Source: Macrostomum hystrix (taxonomy: Eukaryota > Animalia > Platyhelminthes). From it: a DNA stretch of 64,000 nt. Each line of letters opens with the position of its first letter. The stretch's first letter is position 1. The stretch spans positions 6,386,001 to 6,450,000 of the forward strand of contig CATNEN010000002.1 of assembly GCA_950097015.1 (NCBI GenBank), in the 5' to 3' direction. Position numbers and translations under genes: made by a program. The notes beneath the pieces are model-generated. The model saw nothing but the letters and a program-made list of their open reading frames with translations, did not search any database and was not told the DNA's origin. Below, one piece after another: positions 60,701 through 64,000 of the stretch.

Positions 60701-63700
60701 GGTAGATAGAGAGGATTGATAGAGATGGTAAATAGAGATGGTAGATAGAGATGGTAGATAGAGATGGTAGATAGAGATGGTAGATAGAGATGGTAGATAG
60801 AGAGGATTGATAGAGATGGTAAATAGAGATGATAGATAGAGAGGATTGATAGAGATGGTAAATAGAGATGATAGATAGAGAGGATTGATAGAGATGGTAG
60901 ATGGAGATGGTAGATAGAGAGGATTGATAGAGATGGTAAATAGAGATGATAGATAGAGAGGATTGATAGAGATGGTAAATAGAGATGATAGATAGAGAGG
61001 ATTGATAGAGATGTTATATAGAGATGATAGATAGAGATGGTAGATAGAGAGAATTGATAGAGATGGTAGATAGAGATGGTAGATAGAGAGGATTGATAGA
61101 GATGGTAAATAGAGATGATAGATAGAGAGGATTGATAGAGATGGTAGATAGAGATGGTAGATAGAGAGGATTGATAGAGATGGTAAATAGAGATGATAGA
61201 TAGAGAGGATTGATAGACATGGTAGATAGAGATGGTAGATAGAGAGGATTGATAGAGATGGTAAATAGAGATGATAGATAGAGAGGATTGATAGAGATGG
61301 TAGATAGAGACGGTAGATAGAGAGGATTGATAGAGATGGTAAATAGAGATGATAGATAGAGAGGATTGATAGAGATGTTATATAGAGATGATAGATAGAG
61401 ATGGTAGATAGAGAGGATTGATAGAGATGGTAAATAGAGATGATAGATAGAGAGGATTGATAGAGATGTTATATAGAGATGATAGATAGAGATGGTAGAT
61501 AGAGAGGATTGATAGAGATGGTAAATAGAGATGATAGATAGAGAGGATTGATAGAGATGTTAAATAGAGATGATAGATAGAGAGGATTGATAGAGATGGT
61601 AGATAGAGATGGTAGATAGAGAGGATTGATAGAGATGGTAGATAGAGAGGATTGATAGAGATGGTAAATAGAGATGGTAGATAGAGAGGATTGATAGAGA
61701 TGGTAAATAGAGATGGTAGATAGAGATGGTAGATAGAGATGGTAGATAGAGATGGTAGATAGAGATGGTAGATAGAGAGGATTGATAGAGATGGTAAATA
61801 GAGATGATAGATAGAGAGGATTGATAGAGATGGTAAATAGAGATGATAGATAGAGAGGATTGATAGAGATGGTAGATGGAGATGGTAGATAGAGAGGATT
61901 GATAGAGATGGTAGATAGAGATGGTAGATTGAGATGGTAGATAGAGATGGTAGATAGAGATGGTAGATAGAGAGGATTGATAGAGAGGATTGATAGAGAT
62001 GGTAAATAGAGATGGTAGATAGAGATGGTAGATAGAGATGGTAGATAGAGATGGTAGATAGAGATGGTAGATAGAGATGGTAGATAGAGAGGATTGATAG
62101 AGATGGTAAATAGAGATGATAGATAGAGAGGATTGATAGAGATGGTAAATAGAGATGATAGATAGAGAGGATTGATAGAGATGGTAGATAGAGATGGTAG
62201 ATAGAGAGGATTGATAGAGATGGTAAATAGAGATGATAGATAGAGAGGATTGATAGAGATGTTAAATAGAGATGATAGATAGAGAGGATTGATAGAGATG
62301 GTAGATAGAGATGGTAGATAGAGAGGATTGATAGAGATGGTAGATAGAGATGGTAGATAGAGAGGATTGATAGAGATGGTAAATAGAGATGATAGATAGA
62401 GAGGATTGATAGAGATGTTATATAGAGATGATAGATAGAGATGGTAGATAGAGAGAATTGATAGAGATGGTAAATAGAGATGATAGATAGAGAGGATTGA
62501 TAGAGATGTTAAATAGAGATGATAGATAGAGAGGATTGATAGAGATGGTAGATAGAGATGGTAGATAGAGAGGATTGATAGAGATGGTAGATAGAGAGGA
62601 TTGATAGAGATGGTAGATAGAGATGGTAGATAGAGATGGTAGATTGAGATGGTAGATAGAGATGGTAGATAGAGATGGTAGATAGAGAGGATTGATAGAG
62701 ATGGTAAATAGAGATGATAGATAGAGAGGATTGATAGAGATGGTAGATAGAGATGGTAGATAGAGAGGATTGATAGAGATGGTAAATAGAGATGATAGAT
62801 AGAGAGGATTGATAGACATGGTAGATAGAGATGGTAGATAGAGAGGATTGATAGAGATGGTAAATAGAGATGATAGATAGAGAGGATTGATAGAGATGGT
62901 AGATAGAGACGGTAGATAGAGAGGATTGATAGAGATGGTAAATAGAGATGATAGATAGAGAGGATTGATAGAGATGTTATATAGAGATGATAGATAGAGA
63001 TGGTAGATAGAGAGGATTGATAGAGATGGTAAATAGAGATGATAGATAGAGAGGATTGATAGAGATGTTAAATAGAGATGATAGATAGAGAGGATTGATA
63101 GAGATGGTAGATAGAGATGGTAGATAGAGAGGATTGATAGAGATGGTAGATAGAGAGGATTGATAGAGATGGTAAATAGAGATGGTAGATAGAGAGGATT
63201 GATAGAGATGGTAAATAGAGATGGTAGATAGAGATGGTAGATAGAGATGGTAGATAGAGATGGTAGATAGAGATGGTAGATAGAGAGGATTGATAGAGAT
63301 GGTAAATAGAGATGATAGATAGAGAGGATTGATAGAGATGGTAAATAGAGATGATAGATAGAGAGGATTGATAGAGATGGTAGATGGAGATGGTAGATAG
63401 AGAGGATTGATAGAGATGGTAGATAGAGATGGTAGATTGAGATGGTAGATAGAGATGGTAGATAGAGATGGTAAATAGAGATGGTAGATAGAGATGGTAG
63501 ATAGAGATGGTAGATAGAGATGGTAGATAGAGATGGTAGATAGAGATGGTAGATAGAGAGGATTGATAGAGATGGTAAATAGAGATGATAGATAGAGAGG
63601 ATTGATAGAGATGGTAAATAGAGATGATAGATAGAGAGGATTGATAGAGATGGTAGATAGAGATGGTAGATAGAGAGGATTGATAGAGATGGTAAATAGA

Positions 63701-63870
63701 GATGATAGATAGAGAGGATTGATAGAGATGTTAAATAGAGATGATAGATAGAGAGGATTGATAGAGATGGTAGATAGAGACGGTAGATAGAGAGGATTGA
63801 TAGAGATGGTAGATAGAGATGGTAGATAGAGAGGATTGATAGAGATGGTAGATAGAGACGGTAGAGATGA
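57770..63870. repeat. 6-kb composite 13-bp satellite (GATAGAGATGGTA / GATAGAGAGGATT)n with higher-order blocks
   Basis: Read directly; a diverged block of about 190 bp recurs at about 57881, 58402 and 59908, and partially at about 59409. Confidence 0.96.
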
Positions 63871-64000
63871 TAGATAAATGTGAAATATATTTTCAGGCAT
63901 TACTCAGAAAGGCCAATAAACAAAAAGATCAACTCAGAAGAGCCAGTGGTGTTCCAGTTGATCAGACTTGCACAATAAAATTGCTGTTATTCATTGAAAA

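Noticed and set aside
7898-63900. Repeat-derived ORFs in the track (e.g. 7898-9044, 9555-10761, 13389-15468, 16373-17281, 24489-25772, 45663-46176, 47113-47814, 48524-49954, 54363-56505, 61014-63900)
   Set aside because: They are translations of satellite units, often open in several frames, with no domain similarity.
24300-64000. Clustered protocadherin-style tandem variable exons upstream of the gene
   Set aside because: I found no further cadherin motifs (DxNDN, DRE, DxDxG) in the unique islands or in the ORF track.

Overview
Eukaryotic (metazoan, probably invertebrate) genomic DNA with GT-AG spliceosomal introns. GC-rich, CAG-rich exons alternate with about 34 distinct tandem-repeat arrays that make up roughly 44% of the window (my manual estimate). 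This organisation would fit a free-living flatworm such as Macrostomum, but that is an unverified inference. Three genes are recognisable from their translations. (1) The last four exons of mitochondrial DNA polymerase gamma (POLG), + strand, 1-9149. (2) A TNFAIP8/TIPE-family gene, - strand, main exon 12621-11873, convergent with POLG and carrying a polyQ/polyK N-terminal extension. (3) A complete five-coding-exon protocadherin, - strand, 23352-18281, about 1148 aa, with signal peptide, 7 cadherin repeats, a TM helix and a CM1-like tail motif. The remaining 40 kb (24-64 kb) has no recognisable protein domain and consists of satellite arrays separated by unique islands; it also holds one tRNA-derived SINE-like element. 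The best leads are: a possible hidden spliced + strand transcript at 31-33.6 kb ending in a 62-nt pre-miRNA-like hairpin; a 41-bp minisatellite carrying about 26 palindromic HSE-like motifs; complementary satellites flanking the POLG catalytic exon; an RFX X-box centred on the protocadherin start codon; and a cluster of perfect bZIP palindromes at 50.1-50.9 kb. Almost all long ORFs in the supplied track outside these three genes are artefacts of tandem repeats.
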